DNA of 63,430 nt, the filler included, from Dirinaria sp. TL-2023a (taxonomy: Eukaryota): the NCBI GenBank assembly GCA_051941275.1. It is 19 parts of 19 records of this genome, joined end to end, with 100 filler letters (N's around TTAATTAATTAA, not from the genome) between each part and the next. Parts side by side here need not be neighbours in the genome. Positions count along the whole stretch, not along the records: positions 23,571 to 26,824 come from JAVEBF010002086.1; positions 26,925 to 30,178 come from JAVEBF010002087.1; positions 30,279 to 33,530 come from JAVEBF010002088.1; positions 33,631 to 36,870 come from JAVEBF010002089.1; 15 more parts are not named here. One strand, written 5' to 3'. Positions 24,033-36,970 of the stretch are shown piece by piece (within the stretch, counting starts at the first letter, position 1; every line of letters starts with the position of its first letter). The notes under the pieces were generated by a model, which saw nothing but the letters and a program-made list of their open reading frames with translations, searched no databases and was not told where the DNA came from. Made by a program: the position numbers and the translations under genes.

Positions 24033-26824
24033 ATGGCAGCTCCACAACCACAGCGACAGCATACGCAACCTCATCGACCGTCCGTAGGGCCCAATATACT
24101 GTCCAAGATGTTGCAGTTGGAGAAGCAGAGCAAGGTGTGCATGTCCCCATGTTCTTGATACGGGCCCAGTCGTAAACTATCAAGTCTCGGCGTATCCATC
24201 AAACCCACAACATCTGATGTTTGTCCACCTCTGGCAAAACATACCCACTGACAATCTGGTTCTTAGGAGCACCGCGTCTATGCAGCTACTGCCATGGGCA
24301 CCACCCACAGTAAATCGGCAGAGAAAGCCAACTCCTTTGGGAGTATGGGAGATGGCTTGCCTCTCAAGGCTCAGGGTGCAGCTTCACCACCCTCAGCATC
24401 ACCTGCCCAGGCCACTCCTCCTACACTTACACATCGCTCCAAAACCATGCCCATCTTGACACCTGATGCCAGAATGCCTCCAAAAGAGAAGGAGAAGCCG
24501 TCACTCACCATCGACCCTAGCAAGACTGTGGACAACGACGCGGATGCTAAAGCTTCGATTTGTGGATCTCCTGGTTGGTCTGACCACAAAGGAAAGGAAA
24601 AAAAGAAAGCGAAGAAAATAATGGAAGAAGAGAGGAAGAAGCAAGAGAGAGAGAAAAAGGAGGCGGAGAAGAAAGCGAAAAAGGAAGCCGAGAAACAGGA
24701 CGCCGCTGCAAAGAAAGCAGGCAAGCGCGAAGGACGTCTGAACAAAAGACCACCACCGGCTGCCATGGAAACACAACGGATGCCATCCGAGCTGAGGCGT
24801 CAGCAATCCGACTCGCGTCGTAACTCGATCATTTCCATGTTCTCTTCCGCTACTTCGTCCAATGAGAATTCCCGACGATCATCCAGGGACCTGAAGAGAC
24901 TGTCTGCTCTCTCAACTGGTTCAGGGGAAGAGCGCCGCTCTCGATCAACCCCTGGGACTAGCACAGAGGTTGATGACCGTCCTACCGTGATTGGAGCAGC
25001 ACCTCAACTTCCAGCACTGCCACGATTCGGTTGGCGTTCTCGCAGTGGATCCTCGGCCGGAAGCAAGTCCAATTCTTGGGGCAGCAGCGATGAAGCTTAC
25101 AACCGAAGCTTAATTGAATATGCATACCAGTTGAACCCGAGCTCGAACTCAGCATCATCAAGCCCGAAGCAGACGGCCTTCAATCAGAAACCGGCACTTC
25201 AACCACCAAGACCGCTTGGACGGAGCCATACCGACACTGCGCTGATCACAATTGGTCAGGACGAACCAGCAACCAATGAGGTACGTGTAGCAGAGCGGAA
25301 AGGGTCCGATGACAGTCATGGCAAACCAAAGAACAATAAACATGGAGCCCATCGCTCTGCAAAGGTCAATCACGCCGCCGAAGCTGCGGATGCAGCTGTC
25401 ACGAACAGTAGCGTCACTCATGGAAGTCGTCGAACCGGTAGTTCGGAGAGGGGTGCATTTGTTCATCCTTTACAAGGAAACCCAAGTCTTACGGAGCCTT
25501 CTGTTGACGGAAGCAGCTATGTTCATAAGCAGCGCATGTACCAGCAGCAGCGATCAATGGCGGGCTTCCAGGATGAGGAAGCGGTCAGAGACGCTACGCG
25601 TTCGATTGACCAAGAAGCAGAGGTGCCACGGGAGAAAGAGAACGGTTTTGTAGATGGCCAGAAAGCCGAACTTGTTCTTCAGGATTCTGAGGAGGTACCT
25701 CCTGTCCCTCGACTTCCACAAATTGCAGTGGACGTCAACGAGCCTGTGAAGCATCATCATGACTACCTCAGGAAACCCCGAGAAGGTGAATCAGTAGTCC
25801 TTTTCCATCCAGACAATATGCCGGAATCGAGGAAACATAGCTTTCTCGGCTTTCCTCGTCGGCCAAAACCGGTAAAGCAATCTTCTCAGACAACGAGCAG
25901 ATCTGAAAGTTCTACGGATAAGACGAATGTCGAGCCACGAACGTCCCCACGACTTGACAACCAGATGGCCGAAAAGTCTCCTGTCCGTGCATCGAAAGCA
26001 GAGCATTCTTCTGTGCATGTCTCCAAAGCAGAGCGTACCCCAGGCGAGCATATGCCAATTGAGGCTCCGGCCGGTCAAGCCCGTACTGGCCGCTCAAAAA
26101 CGTCACAGGTTCCGGCGGACAAGGAGCGTACTTCGACCCGCAAATCTTCGTCACCCAGCCAAGGCCGTTCGAAGCTTGCGAATGCTGTGGTTGACAAGGA
26201 GTCCCCGCCCAGGAAGACCGCCTCACCGACAAGACGAAAAGAGGCTTCACCAGGTCCAGCCTGGCCAAGCACAAAGCAGAATGGCGCTATTGACGGAACC
26301 CAGATGAAGGATGGATCCTTGTTACGGAGCCATTCGAGAACGCGCACGTCATCGTCGCAGCTACTGAACGAAAACGTATCGATGCCGCGCCCTTTGCCCA
26401 GATCGACGACTGCCCCTGTCCTGCCATCTTTCTCCATGGAGCCGTTCGACCTTGCTGATGACGAGTCGCCCCCCACTGTACCTCCAAAACCAGATCGCGC
26501 TCAATCTTCCCAGTACACCGAGACAAGCACCGTTCAGAAGCGAAGCTCCGCTTCTCCGACCAGCAACGACGCCTCCTCAGCCAACCAAAAGTTCCCCGAG
26601 GTCATCATCTCCACGGAGCAGCCGGACGGGGTGGTGCGCAAGACATCCCTGAAACGCCCACGCTCCAACCCCCAGCTGCAAATCACCGCCGCTCCCCCCG
26701 TGCCGAACCTCGATTTCCTCCCCCAACTCAAGCACCAGCCGCTCGTGAAACCGAAACCACGCTCTCACCTGCGCAACAGCGTCTTACACATGCCCCAGCA
26801 CCCCGGCAGCAGCACCACCACCAC
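24033..26824 (+). CDS. Large Ser/Pro/Lys-rich, probably disordered fungal protein, 3' truncated; intron 24135-24266
   Basis: ORF of about 840 aa. Upstream exon MAAPQPQ...LEKQSK splices in frame (GTGTGC...CTGAC...TAG) to EHRVYAATAMGTT. Contains ICGSPGWSD and a K/E coiled-coil stretch. Confidence 0.75.
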
Positions 26825-27451
26825 NNNNNNNNNNNNNNNNNNNNNNNNNNNNNNNNNNNNNNNNNNNNTTAATTAATTAANNNNNNNNNNNNNNNNNNNN
26901 NNNNNNNNNNNNNNNNNNNNNNNNCGATAGAGCAATGTAATCCGCAGGTACTAGATGGACCAAGAAAAGAAAAAAAAGACCATTTTTGGGATGACAATGA
27001 AATGACCGTTTCATAGTCGGGTTTGGGTTCATAGGAAAAGAAAGCTGAAGATATTGTAGCTGGAATCCTCGCTTGGTGTGCTTGATCCTCTCCTCCTTCT
27101 CGAATGTATATGTGTATAGGCTGATGATATGGGGGCTCCCAACGGGATGGAGAGCTAAATATGTGTCTAGAATAGAAAAGTACCTCGTACCTCGCAAGTA
27201 GTAATCTTCCGGTCACCGGTCCAGAGAAGGCATGTGACCTTTCAGACTTGTGGCTGATGAATTGCATCCTTTTTCCTGCTTACCTTCTTTGTTCCACGAG
27301 CCCCACAACAACGAGCGGACTTAAATGCCGCCTCCCAAGCACAGCGCCTTCGCTAGAAGCAACAATCCCCATCTCTATAAAGCAAGGACAGACGTACACT
27401 CACAAGACAACCAGGCTCCGTTGCCGAATCATCGTTTTTCGAGGGAACATG

Positions 27452-29408
27452 TTACATTTTCGCCATCGGTGCACCAACAAGCCCCGTCACAGTTGTTAGT
27501 CCCTTCTCAAAAGCCCCCTGGGCCATTATCGGGGCTGCGGGCGGGGTGAGTGGGGCTGAAGGCTTTGCGACACCATTGGTGCTCGCAACGCCATCATCGT
27601 TGGCCTCAATCGTAGGTTGCACCCCGTCACCTGCTACTTCGGAGATGCGCGTGGCTTGAACATCTGCGATCTCTGAGGAAGGGTTGGCGAGCTCTGCGTG
27701 CGCTGGAACAGGGGCAGGAGGCGGGGACGGGCGATGGACGCCGTTCGTGTGTGCTCCTGGAGGAGACTGTGAATTGGGAGGGCTGTGGGCATTGTTGTTC
27801 GTGACGGTAGTAGGGGAGTTCCCCTCACGCGTAGCACCAGCGACGTGACCATCCACAGGTGGCTCGTACGGATTCTGCTGGGGGTAGTCTTCATCCTCCG
27901 ACGATTCGGCCTCTCCGAGCAGCTCTTCGTCTGCGACTCCGGGCCCTTCGCGCTTGTATTCCCTTTTCTTGTTGCTCTTTTCAGTCCCGGCCGAGATGGA
28001 TCGTTCGCTGCCCATGTCGGAGTCGCCATTGTTGTGGCGCGAGGAGACGGGTTCGTAGTCTCGAAGCTCGTCTTCTTCGACCTCTTTCCAGCTGCATTTG
28101 GCATGCTTCTTCGTGCATCCCATGCATGCTGTCAAGTTTTTTAGGCAGTCCATGTGCAATCGTCTGCATCGATCACAAGGCGGTTGAATCCGATCACCAC
28201 GCTGCAGCTGCTCCATCCGCGACACCATCTCGGCTTTGTATGGCCCGGAGTCATCGAATCGGTCTGCGGCCGAAGGCTTCGTATAGGGAAGCAGCGAGGA
28301 AGGTGTATTTGGAATGGGAACTGGCGAGACGTTGCTGAGAGAAGCGTAGTCGGCCCCGTCATTGGCTGAGCCCGGTTTCGGTCTCGAGCGTGGGGCTTCT
28401 TGTGTGCTCGTGCGAGGACGTGAACCAGGGTTTGACGTGCGTCGCTCCTCTGAGGGCGCCGAGACAAGGCGTTCGCTCGTAGTGAAGAATTTGGAGAGCA
28501 GCTCTGTCCGGGTAGCAACCGAGGCGGTATGAGTGGAAACGCCATTCATTTCTGAAGGGCGCGCATTGACGGCAACAAAGCCTGAAGATGGAGAGACGGA
28601 GGCGCGGTCGCCATTTGCGGGAAACGAGGATTGGCGAGGGCTGGCGGAGTGGAGTTCGGCTTCACGCCGGGAGATGATGGCGTTCTTGCGGTTCTTGAGA
28701 CGGTGGTTGAGCTGGCGGGCGCGGGCTGACACTGTCGGAGAGTCAGACGGAAAGCTAGACACGTGGACGTGCCTTCATACCTTGATCGGCAAGATGCACT
28801 ACGTGACTTAGACTTTTTTCCAGGATCTCCAAGGTCCCTAACTCTTTCTCTTCGTCTTCCAGAATCGGCTGAGGCGGTATCAGTTTCTGGGGCATGCCGG
28901 AGGCTATGAGCTCATAGTCCTCCTCTGAGATCTCGACCCTGCTCTGCTTGGTGTAAAACTGGCACACGGGCACGCCGTCCCTGGTCTTTTCCAGATTGAA
29001 CTGCTCGGGCTTGTTCCGAGCAAAGTCCACGACGTCCAGCCAGCCGACGGTGGTCCCTTCTTTGCCGTGCGACTTCAGCACCTTGGGCGGCCCATCGAAC
29101 AACCGTTCAAATCTCTTGATCAAGATCGGGCCCAGTGGTCTCGCGCCCAGGTTGCCTGCCATGCTCTCGTGTCGGTGCAGTACTGCATCGTAATCGCCAA
29201 TGAGATTGAGCAGGGATGGCAGCGGATCCTCTGCAGCGATGAGTGGCAGTGTGTCGGTACATTGTCTGGTCAGATAATTGATCTGGAGATGGCTTGAATT
29301 GATTTTGGCCGACTTGTTCTGGGTTGAGGGATGGGAGGGAGAGATGCTCCGCTTTCTCTTGGTGGAGGGGTTTGCCATGTCAGGCAGAGCTGAGCTAGAC
29401 GGCTCCAT
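27452..29408 (-). CDS. Conserved fungal protein with internal Zn-Cys6-type domain (putative transcription factor); intron 28732-28780
   Basis: PCDRCRRLHMDCLKNLTACMGCTKKHAKCSW; NLS-like TKRKRS. The 49-nt GTATGA...CTGAC...CAG intron joins LADQ|VSARARQLNHRLK in frame. Confidence 0.85.
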
Positions 29409-29713
29409 GTATTCTGGGAAAGGAAGAGGTGGTGGGGGGATTTTATAATTGGACAGAGGACAAAGGAGAGGAGAGGAGAGTCAAGCCGGCGGGTTTGAGG
29501 TGGTTTAGAGAACAGACGGTCGGCGACCCGCCGGGAGATGCGGGACTAGCGGGATGAAGTGCGTATGGAGGGGCGGGAATAGAATGGCGGATTTAGCCTC
29601 GTACAAGCGAACTTGGAATTGACGGAAGGCATGTGTGTAGCATTCTTCATATTGCAGGAGGGGTCGTAAGGTAGTCACGAACAAGTTGGATGGAGAAGGT
29701 GGAGGGGAATTGA

Positions 29714-29790
29714 GGAAAGGAAAGGAAAGGAAGGAAGGAAGAAGGAAAAAGAAGAAGAAGAAGAAGAAGAAGAAGAAGGAGGAGAAGAAG
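29714..29790. repeat. (GGAAA)n/(GGAA)n/(AAG)n purine microsatellite
   Basis: Directly visible; lies upstream of the Zn-Cys6 gene (CT-rich on its coding strand). Confidence 0.9.
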
Positions 29791-30149
29791 AGGTGGCAGC
29801 AAGGGCCCAAGGGAAGCTGGTACGAGTACAATAAGTTAGTAGTAGCAGGACTAAGTCAAGTGAGGGAGGGTTGAAGAAGGGAATTCTGGTTCCGCCGCCG
29901 ACGAATCCGCCCCACGCCTTTTACTCTCTCACTACCTACTCTCACCCCCCTCCGCGGCACATGAAGTAATAATGAATTAATGAATTAATGACTTCAGCTG
30001 GAGTATAAAAAGTATTAATATAATTGGCGTGAGGTTCATAATCATCTTGCATGGGATGAGAGATATTATCTATCAACATTGATGTGATCGCCATAATAAT
30101 ATTATTGACCGGCAAACCACCAAATCCACACAGTCCCTACACTACAGTC

Positions 30150-30178
30150 CACACACACACACACACACACACACACAC
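30150..30178. repeat. (CA)n microsatellite at contig end
   Basis: Directly visible; the contig ends inside it. Confidence 0.95.
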
Positions 30179-30278
30179 NNNNNNNNNNNNNNNNNNNNNN
30201 NNNNNNNNNNNNNNNNNNNNNNTTAATTAATTAANNNNNNNNNNNNNNNNNNNNNNNNNNNNNNNNNNNNNNNNNNNN

Positions 30279-33200
30279 TTAATAAAGCTTGTTCGAAAGA
30301 TAGATTTACCTCAGAGAGAGACTTCATATAGATGACTTCCTTTAGAAATGACTCTGTGAAGGCGTTGTTGACGTTTACTTGATGACATTCGAGATCCTTC
30401 AATGCGACAAGAACTAGAAACAGACGTAAGATGTCGAATTTCACAGTTGACGCGAAAGTATCGATGTAATTCACTTCGAACATTTGAGAGAATTCTCTAG
30501 CGATCAGTCTAGCTTTGAGTTTATTCACAGTATCGTCGATATGCATTTTTGTCTTGAACACTCACTTGCTACTGACGATGTTGGCGTTCTTCGACGAGAC
30601 AACGACGTTTCAAGTTCCATTCGCTATCAATGCGATCAGCTCGGCCTGAATGACTTCGAGTCATAATTTGCCTCATATCGAATCATTGATCGCGTTCTCG
30701 TAGCTCTCTAATACTGAGATTACTAATCAGTCTGTGAAACGTCTGCTTGAATTATCAACTGTTGCTGTCAGAGCTCACTCGTTCTTTTCTTCGTTCTCTG
30801 AGTCTTGAGCTAGCAATGCGAGCATTGCTCTTGCGATTTTACTTCGATGTTCGTCTCGCATTTTCTCTTCAGTCACATCGTCACGTTTTCGCTTTGAAAT
30901 GACAACATGTAGAAACTGTTGAGCCCTTGACGGTGATGTGATTAAAGATGCCAGTTTGACTCGTGTTTCGACGGACGATTCCGCGGTGAGCTCGTTTTGT
31001 TCGACGTCGTTCTTCAGATCGGGGTTGTAATTCTGATCATTACTTGTGATCTTCATTGACTCGACGGAAATCTTCTCAATCTTCTCATTTGTCGAACTCA
31101 TTGCTTGAGATGTCGAACTAAATATGACTTCGAAAATTGCCTTTCGCGGTCTTTCAATCGATCTTCTATCAGGCAGAGTATTCAGTATCGCTTTGAGTAG
31201 ATTAAGTGACGCGCTCCCCCACTTCTCTTGTTCCGAAAACTTTACTCTATGATGCTTTATCATATCTTTTCTATCTGAAGCCCACATAAGATATTGTGAA
31301 GTGATGTTTTCGTCATATCTCATGAATACGCAAGGTCTTTCTCTGTTGACGAGCTTATCTGTTCTACTTCCGCTGAGCAAAGATCGAGTATCGACAGATG
31401 AATAGCATTTGCATCCCCATATTCTTATATGATTTATGCCTGATTTGACCTCTGTAAGAGCCTCTATTGAAGTGGTCAATCTACCGTCGATGACTGATTC
31501 TGTAGTCACTCGACTTCGTATGTAGACGTCCGCATGTCCGACTTCAGGCCAAAACTTCATAGACAGCTCAGCGTCTTGAATCATAGCTCGAATATTGTTC
31601 TTCGTGATTCGTATTCCTCGCTCGACTACTTCATTTTGCAATGAATTGTAAATAACGATGTATTGTGAGATAATTTCGATTGAATTGCATCATTTATCTA
31701 GAATGAACTTAAGTTCACGGGCGTTATCACTGCGTACTGTCATTAACTTTGTCTGATATTGCAATTCACTTTTCAACTTCCATTTACAAAGGACTTCCAC
31801 TGCATCCGAGCGTTGATGAAGTGATATAAATCAAGACTTTCGAGAGTAGTTATCTATAACCTCTAAGAAGTACTCGTAACCTGATCGTGAAATCGATAAA
31901 GGGCCGCAGATATCGATTGATATCAGAGCTAATGGTTGAGATTTTCTTTCTGTCAGATTACGATTTCGTCTATTGATCATTTTAGTGAGTGCACATGTTT
32001 CGCAAGACTTGTCTGTTTCATCGATGAGGATTTTTTGCATCGTGATAATCTTATGCAGATTTCTAAGCTTTGCGGAACCCATGTGAGCCATACGTCGATG
32101 CCAAAGAGTATATAAATCTCGCTTCTTCGGCGATAGTTCTTGAGGTTGAGATTTTCTTGATTCGGAGTCGATGCTAGTATCGGATGTTTCGAGATCTATC
32201 GTCAATGACTTATCTGACTCGATTGTTACGAGCAGAGCAAAAGTGATAGACGATGTCGGGATTGCTGTCAATGCAAACTCGTCTAATTCGAGTGTTATTT
32301 TGTCTACTACATAAACACCTCCTTGTGCTGATGCTCTAAGTACTTCGGTTCCGCTTCGAGTACTCATTCATAAAGAATCATCGTTGAAACTGTCTAATAA
32401 GCCTTTCTTTGTAAAACGTCGTACAGATAATAGATTGACCCCTAGGTCAGGAACGTGTAGAACCTTCATTAAGCGGCTTTCACCATTCTTGACCCTTATT
32501 GCGACTGTGTCACAATGATCTGAGTATAATCTCCCCCCTTCAATCTTAATCGTACGTCTCTTAATGAGTGTGAGAGATCCGCTAAAGAGTTGAAGTTGAT
32601 CAGTCATGTGAGACGAGACGCCGATATCTGCTACTCAATAGAAACGAGAGAATTTACTGACTATTTCTTTGAACAGGGCAGCGATTTCTTCGATATCTTC
32701 TTCGCTGTTGCAGTTGTCGAATGAGATGAAAACATCATCGCTGTTTGAGAACTTCTCCGCGTTGTATGCACGCTGTTTAGATTTCTTGAACTTATCTTTC
32801 TTGACGATCTCTTTATGTTTGTTATAGAACCTGAGGGCCTTTCGAATCAGTTTCAACTGATCGCAATTCATTGCCTTATATCCTTTTTCTTCACAAAGCA
32901 GACAAAATACGTCTTTGCGTCGAGATTTGTTGTCTTTGCGTGCGGATTTACGAAGGCTATCATCCGAGCTAGACGAGCGTCGCTGACGATTGAAGTTGCG
33001 ATAGTTGCCGCGGTCGTAACTTCGTTCACTGTTTCTATTGATGCGGTCGGCGTCTCGATTATTGTCTTTAGCTCACATTACCGTCTCATCTGCTTTGAGT
33101 TGAGCTTCTTTGTCCATTAGCTTTTGAAAGGATAACTCCACGTCGAGATCTTTTTGCGCGTCGATGGCATCCCTAATCACGCTGTATTCTGGTGGGAGGG

Positions 33201-33530
33201 ATTGAAGAAGAGTTTGAAGGCGACGCGCAGGAGTATTGAAGCTTGCCATATCTGGAGTGGTTGATGCCATTTCGCGAGTCAACTTGAACAAGTGTATGTA
33301 GGCTTCCTCAACCCCGACATCTGCGGATTTTTTGTAGTTGAAGAAATCCGCGATGTGTTGACGACCGATGGTGGGCAATCGCTCTGTATATTTGCTCTTC
33401 AATGCGATAAATATATCCTTTGACGAAGTTTTCTCGACAACGTATTCTTCGTCATCCTTACTGATGCAGTTTCTGATGTTAAACTTCGCCTTTGCATCGT
33501 CTTTATTTGCCTCAAAACCAGCGTCTGAGA
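30279..33530 (-). mobile_element. Degenerate Ty1/Copia LTR retrotransposon: gag, protease, integrase, start of RT
   Basis: LLQSLPPEYSVI gag; knuckle CLLCEEKGYKAMNC; protease *VADIGVSSHMTD; GAG-pre-integrase LWHRRMAH...CETC; integrase ISIDICGP; RT SK*VFKTK...KARLIAREFSQ...HQVNVNNAF. Order PR-IN-RT is diagnostic of Copia. Confidence 0.93.
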
Positions 33531-33630
33531 NNNNNNNNNNNNNNNNNNNNNNNNNNNNNNNNNNNNNNNNNNNNTTAATTAATTAANNNNNNNNNNNNNN
33601 NNNNNNNNNNNNNNNNNNNNNNNNNNNNNN

Positions 33631-34846
33631 GTTCGTGATCATCATGTGAAAATCCTTATGTGAAAGACTCGACATAAGAAGCAAGCTTTCTACTGCTTAT
33701 CACTCTCAAATCGACGATCAAACAAAACGCTTCAATCAAAATATCGAGAAACAGTTACGTTTATACTGCAATTACATGCAGAACAACTGAGTTGACTTTC
33801 TATCGATGACAGAATTCGTCGACAATAACGCAGTCGTCGTCGATATCGATATGACTCTCTTCTACGTCAATAAAGGTTTTCATTCTCGCGTGTTCTTCTT
33901 CTCTGACGATATCAAATACATCACTGCAAGAGATCGTCTACAAACGACGAATACGAAGAATATAACAGACATTATGAAAAACGTACTGAATCTGATGAGA
34001 GAAAACGCAGAGATCTCACAAGCGATCATGAAGAAACAAGCGAATAAGAGTAAAAAGAAGATATTTTATAACGTTGAGAACATGATATTTCTATCGAGCA
34101 AGAACATTGTCATCGATAGATTTTCAAGAAAAATCGAAGACAAGATGCTAGAATCTTTCTCGATAATCAAAGTCATAGAAATCTTTTATGAGCTTCAACT
34201 CTCTGACATCATGAGAATACACAATGTATTTCACTCAAGTCTGTTGCGCAAGAATGTCGAAAACTCTTTATCGAGTCAAATACAAGAACTCTTCGACAAA
34301 ATCGTCATCAACGAAGACGATGAATGAGAGCTGATCGACATAGTCAGCTCGCGCTGACATTATGAGAGACTACAATATCGTTGTCGATGAGTAGAAAAAA
34401 AGAGTAGAGATTTGACATGATACGATATCGATAATGACGAGTTCATGCATGCGAAGAACATCACTCAGAACTATCATCATCGATATCTCGACAGAGCGAA
34501 AGACGTAAACAATAACAAATCTTCGCAGAGACGTCATCGACGTCATGACTAAGACATACACGCGATGAGGACACCGTTTTTTGAGAGAGAGAGATAGTGT
34601 TACGAGTCTGACTCTCACTGTTGTTACTCGGATCATTTTCTACAAGATTTTTGTGTGTGATGTTGAGTTTTGACCTGATCGAGGTTAGCGCATCCGAAGT
34701 GATGATCGGTCCGGCCGATCAGGGTCCAACGCCCACACATCCATATTATGCCTGATTTCAGTTCATAGATTTCTTTTCTTCTTCATGCTTTGTGTATTTA
34801 GTTGATAGCACCTGCATAGATCATACATTCTGCACCGGTCCTGACA
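33631..34846 (+). mobile_element. Gypsy chromovirus A, 3' end: integrase, chromodomain, PPT and 3' LTR (34598-34846)
   Basis: [28 protein letters not shown], chromodomain E*ELIDIVSSR...QYRCR*; purine tract GAGAGAGAGAGATAG, then TGTTA...TGACA. Confidence 0.88.
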
Positions 34847-36819
34847 AATATCAGACACTGAAGTTTTCTTAAAAGATCACTTCAGAATCGCTCGACGAAA
34901 TGATTCATTGTATAAAGAAGTTCGTCGAGTCTTACGTCTCGATCATTCGAATTTTATCAAAGATTTCTCGCTAGCAGAATGCTCTTTAGTCGATGAGCAG
35001 ATACAGTATCGAGTCGAAAGAGTCATTTACGACGATGAAAATCACTGAAAAAATGATCGATTAATGATTTCACAAGATGAAGAGTTGCGATTTCGACTCA
35101 TTCGTTTGACTCATGATACTTCGAGCGCTGATCATTCAGACGCTGTCAAGATCTATGATATTCTCGCTCGAAATTATTGATGAATCGATATGACTCAAGA
35201 TATACGTCAATTCACTCGCAACTGTCGACATTGCTCTCGCATCAAAGTTTTCAGAAATAAGTACTTCGAAGCTCTTCGTTCTCTGTTCGTCTCTGAACGA
35301 CGTTGAGACGATATTTTAATGAACTTCGTTGTTGAGTTATCTTCGAGCAAGAACAATTGAGAAGTTAGCTGCGAAAACATGATGATTATTACTGATCGTC
35401 TTTCAAAAATGACTCACGTAGAGTCGATCACAGAACTCATTTCTCAAAACGTGATCAAGACGTATCATTTCATCGTATGAAAGCATCACGAATTACTCAA
35501 AATCATAATTACGAATCGTGATTCACAGTTCAAAAATCATTTCTGAGATGAGTTATGTCTTCGTCTAAATTCTAAAGCTCAATTGTTTATCGCATATCAT
35601 TCGAAAACGAATGATCAGACGAAACGTACTAACAGTATAGTAAAGCAATATCTTCGAGTCTTCTACGTTTATCTTCAAGACGACTGAGCGAGATGAACTC
35701 CCTCGATCGAATTTGTTATTAAAAATCATGTGTTCGAATCAACTGACTGCATTTCGTTCTTCGCAAACTCTGATTAACATTCAAACATGAGTTTTGAATC
35801 TTCTCGAAATCTTAAAGACTATGATTTTATCATCAGACAATTATTACTTCGTACTCGCGCTAATAATTATGCTGACAAAATGAACTCTATCAATCAAGAA
35901 CTTCAAGCACAGATGAGATGAGCTTAAGTATGACACGAACATTACGTCAATTTTTATCGAACACATGAACCTCGATATGTCGTTGAAGATAAGGTCTGAC
36001 TAAATACTAGAAACATGAGAACGAAGCGTCTCAGCAAGAAACTAGTCAACAAGAACGACGAATCTTTCGAAGTAATACAAATGATTAGCTCTCATGTTTA
36101 TCGTCTTCAACTTTCAGACAATTGAACGATTCATAACGTTTTTCATATCTCGCTTCTAAGAAGAATCGTCAACGACTCATTATCAGAACAATTATCTTCA
36201 AAATCACGCTCTGATCATACGAACAATAAAGGCAATGAGCACTGAGAATATAAGACTATTCATGCTTCGAAGATCAGACAAAATCATTAACACTTTCTGA
36301 TCGAATGAATTGACATCACTCAAATCTGAAAGCCAATAGAATATCTAGACTTCATCGAACTAATTGAGAAATTCTATCAAGCTCACTCGAGAGCATCAGA
36401 TAATGATTTCTGAGCATAGTACGATCGAGAAGACACTCTCGATCTAGATTAAATATCAAGCAAGATTCGACCTTCATCTCTTGTACTCGTCGCAAAACGT
36501 GAACTCGCAGAAGCTCGTCTTTTTCAAAAGAGGGAGATACTGTCACGATTTCATGATCGTTATCTAGAACGAATATCTCCGTGACAGTTCTTGACAGAAT
36601 TCGCTTATCGTTTCTGACGCATGTTATTCTTGATATTGAAAGTTCGAGTTCGTTTATTGGCAATTGCGATATCTGAGCTTAAGCGACACAGCTCAGAGGT
36701 TCTTAAACTCCCTTACTCTCTATAGATTGCTCCTTTTCTCTTTTCTTCTTCGTGGTTTGTCTTGTATAATAATCTTGATCTAAGTCAAGTAATCCTCGTC
36801 CAAGCTCGCTCTCGTGACA
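34847..36819 (+). mobile_element. Gypsy chromovirus B, 3' end: integrase HHCC and core, chromodomain, PPT and 3' LTR (36541-36819)
   Basis: THDTSSADH...NCRHC zinc domain, IITNRDSQF, AYHSKTNDQTKRTN, IHNVFHISLLR; PPT AAAAGAGGGAGA, then an LTR with a perfect 8-bp terminal inverted repeat TGTCACGA...TCGTGACA. Confidence 0.9.
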
Positions 36820-36970
36820 GCAAACGATATTGTTATTGAGATTTAAGATCGTCATAATTAGACTCTGTCTNNNNNNNNNNNNNNNNNNNNNNNNNNNNNN
36901 NNNNNNNNNNNNNNTTAATTAATTAANNNNNNNNNNNNNNNNNNNNNNNNNNNNNNNNNNNNNNNNNNNN

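Noticed and set aside
29505..29874. Poly-Phe and poly-Lys ORFs
   Set aside because: Translations of the (AAG)n microsatellite.
33631..36540. TGA=Trp alternative genetic code in the retroelements
   Set aside because: The TGA codons come with Gly>Asp/Glu, Pro>Ser and Ala>Val changes from the same GG>GA/CC>TC process, and intact genes in the window use TGG for Trp and TGA as stop.
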